DNA of 64,000 bases from the human T2T-CHM13v2.0 reference genome, Homo sapiens: assembly GCF_009914755.1 (NCBI RefSeq), contig NC_060948.1. One strand, written 5' to 3'. This document shows, piece after piece, positions 1-12,289 of the stretch. Made by a program: the position numbers and the translations under genes. Position 1 is the first letter of the stretch. Each line of letters starts with the position of its first letter. The notes under the pieces were generated by a model that was not told the origin of the DNA, did no database searches, and saw only the letters and a program-made list of their open reading frames with translations.

Positions 1-1687
1 ATGGAATGGATTCGAATGGAAGGCAAAGGAATGGAATCTATTGGAAGGGGCAGCAATGGAATGGAAAGGAAGGGATTGGAATGGACTCGAATGGAATGGA
101 CTGCAATAGAAAGGATTCGAATGGAATGAAAAAGAATTGAATGGAATAGAACAGAATGGAATCAAATCGAATGAAATGGAATGGAATAGAAAGGAATGGA
201 ATGAAATGGAATGGAAAGGATTCGAATGGAATGCAATCGAATGGAATGGAATCGAACGGAATGGAATAAAATGGAAGCAAACTGGCAAGAAATGGAATCG
301 AAATGAATGGAGTGTTATGGAACGGACTCAAAAGGAATTGAATGTAATAGAATGGAGTGGAGTGGACTCGAATATAATGGACTGGAATGGAATGAAATCA
401 CATGGAATGGGAACGAATGGAATGGAATGGAAAGGAATGGAATCGAATGGAAAGGAATCGAATGGAAGGGAATGAAATTGAATCAACAGGAATGGAAGGG
501 AATAGAATAGACGGTAATGGAATGGACTCGAATAGAATGGACACGAATGCTCAAATTGAATGGACTCGAATGGAATGGAAACGAAAGGAATGTCATCGAA
601 TGGAATTGAATCGATTGGAATGAAATGGCATAGAATGGAGTGGAATCAAATGGAATTGAATCGAAAGGAAAGGAAGCGAATGGACTGAAATGAAATGGAA
701 TGGAATTGAATGGAAAGTAAAGCAATGGAATAGAATGGAACGAAATTTCACGGAATGGAATCAAACTGAATGGAATCAAATCAATGGAATATAACCAAAT
801 GGAATGGAAAGGAATTGAATGGAGTAGATGGGATTGGATGGGATTGGAATGAAATGTACTGGAAAGGACTCGAATTTCATGAAACGGAATGGAATGAATT
901 GGAACGGAATGGACTCGAATGGAATGGAATGTCATGGAATGGCATCAAATGGAATGGCATCAAATGGAATGGAATCGAATGCAATGGAATGCTATGGAAT
1001 GGAATGGAATGCATTGGAATGGAATGTCCTCTAATGGAATGGATTCGAGTGGAATGGAATCGAATATAATGGAGTCGAATGAAATGGAATTGAAAGGAAT
1101 GGGATCGAATACAATGGAATATACTGGAATGTAATGTAATGAACTCGAATGTAATTGACTGGAATGGAATGTACATGAATGGAATGTAATCGAATGGAAA
1201 GTAATCCAATGGAATAGAATCTAATGCAATAAAATCGACTCAGATAGAGTAGAATGTAATGGAATGGAGTGCAGTGCAATGGAATGGAATGGAATGGAAT
1301 GCAATGGAATGGAATGGAATGGGATGGAATGGTATGGAATGGATAGTAATGGACTGGAGTGAAATGGACTGGAAAGGAATGGACTCAAATTGAAAGGGCT
1401 CGAAAGGAATGGAGTCAAATGGAATGGTCTGGAATGGAATGAACACGAATGCAATGCAATCCAATAGAATGGAATCGACTGGCATGGAATATAAAGAAAT
1501 GGAATCGAAGAGAATGGAAACAAACGGAATGGAATTGAATGGAATGGAATTGAATGGAATGGGAACGAATGGAGTGAAATTGTATGCAGTAGAAGAGAAT
1601 AGAATGGAATGCAAGCGAAAGGAAAGGAATGGATTGGAATGGAATGGAATTCATTGGAATGGAAGGGAATGTAGTGTAATGGACAGG
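1..1687 (+). repeat. Partial DYZ1 unit (left edge, up to first HaeIII cut)
   Basis: Colinear with 3535-5221 at offset 3534; first GGCC at 1686-1689. Confidence 0.9.
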
Positions 1688-1703
1688 CCTGGAATAAAGT
1701 GGA
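1550..1703 (+). other. Classic DYZ1 sex-determination PCR target (Y1.2/Y1.1), 154 bp; contains EcoRI (1647-1652) and StuI/HaeIII (1685-1690) sites; repeated once per unit
   Basis: TTGAATGGAATGGGAACGAATGG at 1550-1572 and GGACAGGCCTGGAATAAAGTGGA at 1681-1703 (reverse complement TCCACTTTATTCCAGGCCTGTCC). Primer identities are recalled from memory. Confidence 0.85.
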
Positions 1704-2060
1704 ATGCTACGGTCTCGAATGGAATAAAAATGTATGGAATGGAATGCAATGAAACGGAATCGAATGTCATAGAATGTAATGGAATGCAAAAAAATGGACT
1801 CCAAAATCATTGACTGGAAAGGCTGGGTGTTGAAAGGAATTGACTCCAATGGAATGGAATCGAATGGAATGGAAGTGAATAGAATCGAACTAAATCGAAT
1901 GGAATGGAATTGATAGGAACGGAATGGAAAGGAATGAAATGATTTGGCATGGAATGGAATCGAATGGCATCGAATGGAATGGAATGGAATGCAATGCAAT
2001 GGAATGTATTAGAATGTAATGAACTTTAATGGAATGTACTCGAATGGATTCGACTGGAAT

Positions 2061-2075
2061 GGAATGTTCTGGAAG
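2061..2075. promoter_or_regulatory. Perfect three-pentamer heat-shock element HSE-A (gGAAt gTTCt gGAAg), one per unit
   Basis: GGAATGTTCTGGAAG matches nGAAnnTTCnnGAAn. Motif match only; binding is not shown by the sequence. Confidence 0.55.
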
Positions 2076-3361
2076 TGAATGGACTCCAATGGAATGGATT
2101 GAAAAGGAATGGAATCGTACGGAATGGAATCTAATGGAATGGAATTAAATGGAAATGAATGAAATTGAATAGCACGGAATTGAATTGAATGGAATCGAAT
2201 GCAATGGAATCTAATGAAACGGAAAGGAAAGGAATGGAATGGAATGGAATGGGCTGGAATGGAAAGGAATCGAAACGAATGGAATGGAATCGAACTGAAG
2301 AGACTGGAATGGAATGCACTGGAATGGAAGGGAGTGTAATGGAAGGTTCTCAAAAAAAATGGAATCGAATGGAATGGAATTGAATGGAACGGAATAGAGT
2401 CGAATGGAATTGAATGGAATGGAATGGACTAGAGTGAAATGGAATCGAACCACAAGGAATGGACAGGAATAGAATGGTCTCGAATTGAATGGAATCGTAT
2501 GGAATGGCATCAAACGGAATGGAATGGACAGCCACGGAATGGAATGCACTCGAATGCAATGGAGTCGAAACTAATGGACTGGAATAGAATGGACTCGACT
2601 GGTACGGACTCCAATGGAATGGAATCGAATGGAAGGGAATCGAACGGAATGGACTCGAAGGGAAAAGACTGCAATGGAAAGGTCTCGAATGGAATGGAAA
2701 TTAATGGAATGGAATGGAATCGAATGAAATGGAGTCAAAAGGAATGGAATCGAATGGCAAGAAATCGAATGTAATGGAATCGCAAGGAATTGATGTGAAC
2801 GGAACGGAATGGAATGGAATCCAAAGAAATGGAATAGAATGGAATGGAATCGAATGCAAAGAACTCGAATGGAAATCACTCGAATAGAATGCAATTTAAT
2901 AAAATAGGATGAAATGTAATGGAATGGAATGGAAAGGAATCGAAACGAAAGGAATGGAGACAGATGGAATGGAATGGAACAGAGAGCAATGGTATAGAAT
3001 GGAATGGAATCATCTGGAATGGAATTGAATGGAATGGAATAATATGAAATGGAATGGAATGGAATGGAATGCCCTTGAATTAAATGGACTGGAATGGAAT
3101 GGACTCGAACAGAGTGGAATGGAAAGTGTTGAGATAGAATGGAATGGACTCCTTTGGAATGGTCTAGTATGCAATGCAATGGACTGGCAGGGAATCAAAA
3201 GGAATGTAATCGAATGGATTGGACTGGAATGCAATGGACTCGAATAGATTGGAAACGGAATGCAAAGGAATGGAATGGAATAGTATGGAATGGAATGGAA
3301 AGGAATGGAGTGGAATAGACTAGAGTGGAATGGAATGGACTCGAAAGCAATGGACTGGAAT

Positions 3362-3376
3362 GGAACTTTCTTGAAT
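3362..3376. promoter_or_regulatory. Perfect heat-shock element HSE-C (gGAAc tTTCt tGAAt), one per unit
   Basis: GGAACTTTCTTGAAT matches nGAAnnTTCnnGAAn. Motif match only. Confidence 0.5.
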
Positions 3377-5221
3377 GGACTGGAATCAAACGGAATGGAA
3401 TGCAATGCAATCAAATGGCATGGAATAAAATAGAATGAAAGAGAATCAAATGGAATTGAATCGAATGCAATCGAATGGATTGGAAAGGAATAGAATGGAA
3501 TGGAATGGAATTGACTCAAATGGAATGGACTAGAATGGAATGGATTCGAATGGAAGGCAAAGGAATGGAATCTATTGGAATGGACAGCAATGGAATGGAA
3601 AGGAAGGGATTGGAATGGACTCGAATGGAATGGACTGCAATAGAAAGGATTCGAATGGAATGAAAAAGAATTGAATGGAATAGAACAGAATGGAATCAAA
3701 TCGAATGAAATGGAATGGAATAGAAAGGAATGGAATGAAATGGAATGGAAAGGATTCGAATGGAATGCAATCGAATGGAATGGAATCGAACGGAATGGAA
3801 TAAAATGGAAGAAAACTGGCAAGAAATGGAATCGAAATGAATGGAGTGTTATGGAACGGACTCCAAAGGAATTGAATGTAATAGAATGGAGTGGAGTGGA
3901 CTCGAATATAATGGACTGGAATGGAATGAAATCACATGGAATGGGAACGAATGGAATGGAATGGAAAGGAATGGAATCGAATGGAAAGGAATCGAATGGA
4001 AGGGAATGAAATTGAATCAACAGGAATGGAAGGGAATAGAATAGACGGTAATGGAATGGACTCGAATAGAATGGACACGAATGCTCAAATTGAATGGACT
4101 CGAATGGAATGGAAACGAAAGGAATGTCATCGAATGGAATTGAATCGATTGGAATGAAATCGCATAGAATGGAGTGGAATCAAATGGAATTGAATCGAAA
4201 GGAAAGGAAGCGAATGGACTGAAATGAAATGGAATGGAATTGAATGGAAAGTAAAGCAATGGAATAGAATGGAACGAAATTTCACGGAATGGAATCAAAC
4301 TGAATGGAATCAAATCAATGGAATATAATCAAATGGAATGGAAAGGAATTGAATGGAGTAGATGGGATTGGATGGGATTGGAATGAAATGTACTGGACAG
4401 GACTCGAATTTCATGAAACGGAATGGAATGAATTGGAACGGAATGGACTCGAATGGAATGGAATGTCATGGAATGGCATCAAATGGAATGGCATCAAATG
4501 GAATGGAATCGAATGCAATGGAATGCTATGGAATGGAATGGAATGCATTGGAATGGAATGTCCTCTAATGGAATGGATTCGAGTGGAATGGAATCGAATA
4601 TAATGGAGTCGAATGAAATGGAATTGAAAGGAATGGGATCGAATACAATGGAATATACTGGAATGTAATGTAATGAACTCGAATGTAATTGACTGGAATG
4701 GAATGTACATGAATGGAATGTAATCGAATGGAAAGTAATCCAATGGAATAGAATCTAATGCAATAAAATCGACTCAGATAGAGTAGAATGTAATGGAATG
4801 GAGTGCAGTGCAATGGAATGGAATGGAATGGAATGCAATGGAATGGAATGGAATGGGATGGAATGGTATGGAATGGATAGTAATGGACTGGAGTGAAATG
4901 GACTGGAAAGGAATGGACTCAAATTGAAAGGGCTCGAAAGGAATGGAGTCAAATGGAATGGTCTGGAATGGAATGAACACGAATGTAATGCAATCCAATA
5001 GAATGGAATCGACTGGCATGGAATATAAAGAAATGGAATCGAAGAGAATGGAAACAAACGGAATGGAATTGAATGGAATGGAATTGAATGGAATGGGAAC
5101 GAATGGAGTGAAATTGTATGCAGTAGAAGAGAATAGAATGGAATGCAAGCGAAAGGAAAGGAATGGATTGGAATGGAATGGAATTCATTGGAATGGAAGG
5201 GAATGTAGTGTAATGGACAGG

Positions 5222-8200
5222 CCTGGAATAAAGTGGAATGCTACGGTCTCGAATGGAATAAAAATGTATGGAATGGAATGCAAAGAAACGGAATCGAATG
5301 TCATAGAATGTAATGGAATGCAAAAAAATGGACTCCAAAATCATTGACTGGAAAGGCTGGGTGTCGAAAGGAATTGACTCCAATGGAATGGAATCGAATG
5401 GAATGGAAGTGAATAGAATCGAACTAAATCGAATGGAATGGAATTGATAGGAACGGAATGGAAAGGAATGAAATGATTTGGCATGGAATGGAATCGAATG
5501 GCATCGAATGGAATGGAATGGAATGCAATTCAATGGAATGTATTAGAATGTAATGAACTTTAATGGAATGTACTCGAATGGATTCGACTGGAATGGAATG
5601 TTCTGGAAGTGAATGGACTCCAATGGAATGGATTGAAAAGGAATGGAATCGTACGGAATGGAATCTAATGTAATGTAATTAAATGGAAATGAATCAAATT
5701 GAATAGCACGGAATTGAATTGAATGGAATGGAATGCAATGGAATCTAATGAAACGGAAAGGAAAGGAATGGAATGGAATGGAATGGGCTGGAATGGAAAG
5801 GAATCGAAACGAATGGAATGGAATCGAACTGAAGAGACTGGAATGGAATGCACTGGAATGGAAGGGAGTGTAATGGAAGGTTCTCGAAAAAAATGGAATC
5901 GAATGGAATGGAATTGAATGGAACGGAATAGAGTCGAATGGAATTGAATGGAATGGAATGGACTAGAGTGAAATGGAATCGAACCACAAGGAATGGACAG
6001 GAATAGAATGGTCTCGAATTGAATGGAATCGTATGGAATGGCATCAAACGGAATGGAATGGACAGCCACGGAATGGAATGCACTCGAATGCAATGGAGTC
6101 GAAACTAATGGACTGGAATAGAATGGACTCGACTGGTACGGACTCCAATGGAATGGAATCGAATGGAAGGGAATCGAACGGAATGGACGCGAAGGGAAAA
6201 GACTGCAATGGAAAGGTCTCGAATGGAATGGAAATTAATGGAATGGAATGGAATCGAATGAAATGGAGTCAAAAGGAATGGAATCGAATGGCAAGAAATC
6301 GAATGTAATGGAATCGCAAGGAATTGATGTGAACGGAACGGAATGGAATGGAATCCAAAGAAATGGAATAGAATGGAATGGAATCGAATGGAAAGAACTC
6401 GAATGGAAATCACTCGAATAGAATGCAATTTAATAAAATAGGATGAAATGTAATGGAATGGAATGGAAAGGAATCGAAACGAAAGGAATGGAGACAGATG
6501 GAATGGAATGGAACAGAGAGCAATGGTATAGAATGGAATGGAATCATCTGGAATGGAATTGAATGGAATGGAATAATATGAAATGGAATGGAATGGAATG
6601 GAATGCCCTTGAATTAAATGGACTGGAATGGAATGGACTCGAACAGAGTGGAATGGAAAGTGTTGAGATAGAATGGAATGGACTCCTTTGGAATGGTCTA
6701 GTATGCAATGCAATGGACTGGCAGGGAATCAAAAGGAATGTAATCGAATGGATTGGACTGGAATGCAATGGACTCGAATAGATTGGAAACGGAATGCAAA
6801 GGAATGGAATGGAATAGTATGGAATGGAATGGAAAGGAATGGAGTGGAATAGACTAGAGTGGAATGGAATGGACTCGAAAGCAATGGGCTGGAATGGAAC
6901 TTTCTTGAATGGACTGGAATCAAACGGAATGGAATGCAATGCAATCAAATGGCATGGAATAAAATAGAATGAAAGAGAATCAAATGGAATTGAATCGAAT
7001 GCAATCGAATGGATTGGAAAGGAATAGAATGGAATGGAATGGAATTGACTCAAATGGAATGGACTAGAATGGAATGGATTCGAATGGAAGGCAAAGGAAT
7101 GGAATCTATTGGAATGGACAGCAATGGAATGGAAAGGAAGGGATTGGAATGGACTCGAATGGAATGGACTGCAATAGAAAGGATTCGAATGGAATGAAAA
7201 AGAATTGAATGGAATAGAACAGAATGGAATCAAATCGAATGAAATGGAATGGAATAGAAAGGAATGGAATGAAATGGAATGGAAAGGATTCGAATGGAAT
7301 GCAAACGAATGGAATGGAATCGAACGTAATGGAATAAAATGGAAGAAAACTGGCAAGAAATGGAATCGAAATGAATGGAGTGTTATGGAACGGACTCCAA
7401 AGGAATTGAATGTAATAGAATGGAGTGGAGTGGACTCGAATATAATGGACTGGAATGGAATGAAATCACATGGAATGGGAACGAATGGAATGGAATGGAA
7501 AGGAATGGAATCGAATGGAAAGGAATCGAATGGAAGGGAATGAAATTGAATCAACAGGAATGGAAGGGAATAGAATAGACGGTAATGGAATGGACTCGAA
7601 TAGAATGGACACGAATGCTCAAATTGAATGGACTCGAATGGAATGGAAACGAAAGGAATGTCATCGAATGGAATTGAATCGATTGGAATGAAATCGCATA
7701 GAATGGAGTGGAATCAAATGGAATTGAATCGAAAGGAAAGGAAGCGAATGGACTGAAATGAAATGGAATGGAATTGAATGGAAAGTAAAGCAATGGAATA
7801 GAATGGAACGAAATTTCACGGAATGGAATCAAACTGAATGGAATCAAATCAATGGAATATAATCAAATGGAATGGAAAGGAATTGAATGGAGTAGATGGG
7901 ATTGGATGGGATTGGAATGAAATGTACTGGACAGGACTCGAATTTCATGAAACGGAATGGAATGAATTGGAACGGAATGGACTCGAATGGAATGGAATGT
8001 CATGGAATGGCATCAAATGGAATGGCATCAAATGGAATGGAATCGAATGCAATGGAATGCTATGGAATGGAATGGAATGCATTGGAATGGAATGTCCTCT
8101 AATGGAATGGATTCGAGTGGAATGGAATCGAATATAATGGAGTCGAATGAAATGGAATTGAAAGGAATGGGATCGAATACAATGGAATATACTGGAATGT

Positions 8201-8755
8201 AATGTAATGAACTCGAATGTAATTGACTGGAATGGAATGTACATGAATGGAATGTAATCGAATGGAAAGTAATCCAATGGAATAGAATCTAATGCAATAA
8301 AATCGACTCAGATAGAGTAGAATGTAATGGAATGGAGTGCAGTGCAATGGAATGGAATGGAATGGAATGCAATGGAATGGAATGGAATGGGATGGAATGG
8401 TATGGAATGGATAGTAATGGACTGGAGTGAAATGGACTGGAAAGGAATGGACTCAAATTGAAAGGGCTCGAAAGGAATGGAGTCAAATGGAATGGTCTGG
8501 AATGGAATGAACACGAATGTAATGCAATCCAATAGAATGGAATCGACTGGCATGGAATATAAAGAAATGGAATCGAAGAGAATGGAAACAAACGGAATGG
8601 AATTGAATGGAATGGAATTGAATGGAATGGGAACGAATGGAGTGAAATTGTATGCAGTAGAAGAGAATAGAATGGAATGCAAGCGAAAGGAAAGGAATGG
8701 ATTGGAATGGAATGGAATTCATTGGAATGGAAGGGAATGTAGTGTAATGGACAGG
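5222..8755 (+). repeat. DYZ1 unit H2, 3534 bp
   Basis: GGCC at 5220 and 8754. Confidence 0.9.
5875..5889. promoter_or_regulatory. Perfect heat-shock element HSE-B (gGAAg gTTCt cGAAa); present in all units except H1
   Basis: GGAAGGTTCTCGAAA. The H1 copy (2341-2355) reads GGAAGGTTCTCAAAA because of a G>A change at 2352. Confidence 0.5.
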
Positions 8756-11700
8756 CCTGGAATAAAGTGGAATGCTACGGTCTCGAATGGAATAAAAATG
8801 TATGGAATGGAATGCAAAGAAACGGAATCGAATGTCATAGAATGTAATGGAATGCAAAAAAATGGACTCCAAAATCATTGACTGGAAAGGCTGGGTGTCG
8901 AAAGGAATTGACTCCAATGGAATGGAATCGAATGGAATGGAAGTGAATAGAATCGAACTAAATCGAATGGAATGGAATTGATAGGAACGGAATGGAAAGG
9001 AATGAAATGATTTGGCATGGAATGGAATCGAATGGCATCGAATGGAATGGAATGGAATGCAATGCAATGGAATGTATTAGAATGTAATGAACTTTAATGG
9101 AATGTACTCGAATGGATTCGACTGGAATGGAATGTTCTGGAAGTGAATGGACTCCAATGGAATGGATTGAAAAGGAATGGAATCGTACGGAATGGAATCT
9201 AATGGAATGGAATTAAATGGAAATGAATCAAATTGAATAGCACGGAATTGAATTGAATGGAATCGAATGCAATGGAATCTAATGAAATGGAAAGGAAAGG
9301 AATGGAATGGAATGGAATGGGCTGGAATGGAAAGGAATCGAAACGAATGGAATGGAATCGAACTGAAGAGACTGGAATGGAATGCACTGGAATGGAAGGG
9401 AGTGTAATGGAAGGTTCTCGAAAAAAATGGAATCGAATGGAATGGAATTGAATGGAACGGAATAGAGTCGAATGGAATTGAATGGAATGGAATGGACTAG
9501 AGTGAAATGGAATCGAACCACAAGGAATGGACAGGAATAGAATGGTCTCGAATTGAATGGAATCGTATGGAATGGCATCAAACGGAATGGAATGGACAGC
9601 CACGGAATGGAATGCACTCGAATGCAATGGAGTCGAAACTAATGGACTGGAATAGAATGGACTCGACTGGTACGGACTCCAATGGAATGGAATCGAATGG
9701 AAGGGAATCGAACGGAATGGACGCGAAGGGAAAAGACTGCAATGGAAAGGTCTCGAATGGAATGGAAATTAATGGAATGGAATGGAATCGAATGAAATGG
9801 AGTCAAAAGGAATGGAATCGAATGGCAAGAAATCGAATGTAATGGAATCGCAAGGAATTGATGTGAACGGAACGGAATGGAATGGAATCCAAAGAAATGG
9901 AATAGAATGGAATGGAATCGAATGCAAAGAACTCGAATGGAAATCACTCGAATAGAATGCAATTTAATAAAATAGGATGAAATGTAATGGAATGGAATGG
10001 AAAGGAATCGAAACGAAAGGAATGGAGACAGTTGGAATGGAATGGAACAGAGAGCAATGGTATAGAATGGAATGGAATCATCTGGAATGGAATTGAATGG
10101 AATGGAATAATATGAAATGGAATGGAATGGAATGGAATGCCCTTGAATTAAATGGACTGGAATGGAATGGACTCGAACAGAGTGGAATGGAAAGTGTTGA
10201 GATAGAATGGAATGGACTCCTTTGGAATGGTCTAGTATGCAATGCAATGGACTGGCAGGGAATCAAAAGGAATGTAATCGAATGGATTGGACTGGAATGC
10301 AATGGACTCGAATAGATTGGAAACGGAATGCAAAGGAATGGAATGGAATAGTATGGAATGGAATGGAAAGGAATGGAGTGGAATAGACTAGAGTGGAATG
10401 GAATGGACTCGAAAGCAATGGACTGGAATGGAACTTTCTTGAATGGACTGGAATCAAACGGAATGGAATGCAATGCAATCAAATGGCATGGAATAAAATA
10501 GAATGAAAGAGAATCAAATGGAATTGAATCGAATGCAATCGAATGGATTGGAAAGGAATAGAATGGAATGGAATGGAATTGACTCAAATGGAATGGACTA
10601 GAATGGAATGGATTCGAATGGAAGGCAAAGGAATGGAATCTATTGGAATGGACAGCAATGGAATGGAAAGGAAGGGATTGGAATGGACTCGAATGGAATG
10701 GACTGCAATAGAAAGGATTCGAATGGAATGAAAAAGAATTGAATGGAATAGAACAGAATGGAATCAAATCGAATGAAATGGAATGGAATAGAAAGGAATG
10801 GAATGAAATGGAATGGAAAGGATTCGAATGGAATGCAATCGAATGGAATGGAATCGAACGGAATGGAATAAAATGGAAGAAAACTGGCAAGAAATGGAAT
10901 CGAAATGAATGGAGTGTTATGGAACGGACTCCAAAGGAATTGAATGTAATAGAATGGAGTGGAGTGGACTCGAATATAATGGACTGGAATGGAATGAAAT
11001 CACATGGAATGGGAACGAATGGAATGGAATGGAAAGGAATGGAATCGAATGGAAAGGAATCGAATGGAAGGGAATGAAATTGAATCAACAGGAATGGAAG
11101 GGAATAGAATAGACGGTAATGGAATGGACTCGAATAGAATGGACACGAATGCTCAAATTGAATGGACTCGAATGGAATGGAAACGAAAGGAATGTCATCG
11201 AATGGAATTGAATCGATTGGAATGAAATCGCATAGAATGGAGTGGAATCAAATGGAATTGAATCGAAAGGAAAGGAAGCGAATGGACTGAAATGAAATGG
11301 AATGGAATTGAATGGAAAGTAAAGCAATGGAATAGAATGGAACGAAATTTCACGGAATGGAATCAAACTGAATGGAATCAAATCAATGGAATATAACCAA
11401 GTGGAATGGAAAGGAATTGAATGGAGTAGATGGGATTGGATGGGATTGGAATGAAATGTACTGGAAAGGACTCGAAGTTCATGAAACGGAATGGAATGAA
11501 TTGGAACGGAATGGACTCGAATGGAATGGAATGTCATGGAATGGCATCAAATGGAATGGCATCAAATGGAATGGAATCGAATGCAATGGAATGCTACGGA
11601 ATGGAATGGAATGCATTGGAATGGAATGTCCTCTAATGGAATGGATTCGAGTGGAATGGAATCGAATATAATGGAGTCGAATGAAATGGAATTGAAAGGA

Positions 11701-12289
11701 ATGGGATCGAATACAATGGAATATACTGGAATGTAATGTAATGAACTCGAATGTAATTGACTGGAATGGAATGTACATGAATGGAATGTAATCAAATGGA
11801 AAGTAATCCAATGGAATAGAATCTAATGCAATAAAATCGACTCAGATAGAGTAGAATGTAATGGAATGGAGTGCAGTGCAATGGAATGGAATGGAATGGA
11901 ATGCAATGGAATGGAATGGAATGGGATGGAATGGTATGGAATGGATAGTAATGGACTGGAGTGAAATGGACTGGAAAGGAATGGACTCAAATTGAAAGGG
12001 CTCGAAAGGAATGGAGTCAAATGGAATGGTCTGGAATGGAATGAACACGAATGTAATGCAATCCAACAGAATGGAATCGAATGGCATGGAATATAAAGAA
12101 ATGGAATCGAAGAGAATGGAAACAAACGGAATGGAATTGAATGGAATGGAATTGAATGGAATGGGAACGAATGGAGTGAAATTGTATGCAGTAGAAGAGA
12201 ATAGAATGGAATGCAAGCGAAAGGAAAGGAATGGATTGGAATGGAATGGAATTCATTGGAATGGAAGGGAATGTAGTGTAATGGACAGG
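8756..12289 (+). repeat. DYZ1 unit H3, 3534 bp
   Basis: GGCC at 8754 and 12288. Confidence 0.9.

Larger units (their letters stand above)
1688..5221 (+). repeat. DYZ1 unit H1 (HaeIII to HaeIII), 3534 bp
   Basis: GGCC at 1686 and 5220; two copies of the 15-bp module GGAATGGCATCAAAT. Confidence 0.9.

Noticed and set aside
828-848. GATGGGATTGGATGGGATTGG as a G-quadruplex or special element
   Set aside because: It has only two G3 tracts and is best explained as a 10-bp local duplication within the unit.
871-885. CGAATTTCATGAAAC as a fourth HSE
   Set aside because: The spacing between GAA and TTC is one base short, so only a two-pentamer TTCnnGAA remains.
936-965. Frame-preserving 15-bp indels as evidence of coding constraint
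   Set aside because: A 1-bp frameshifting deletion has spread to 7 units and nonsense changes occur. Fifteen is simply three pentamers.
1409-1813. 134-aa plus-strand MEWNG-like ORF intact in all 18 copies, resembling the poly-WNGME peptide translated from SCA31 (TGGAA)n
   Set aside because: This is the automatic translation of GGAAT repeats. Intactness is expected when units are nearly identical, and there is no evidence of expression.
3010-4020. 336-aa minus-strand ORF (and the 202, 194 and 142-aa ORFs) repeated in each unit
   Set aside because: (ATTCC)n has no stop codon in any frame and translates as IPFHS repeats. The ORFs overlap in several frames, have no recognisable domain, and are freely broken by variants (e.g. 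stops at 24296 and 41918; a frameshift at 33597).
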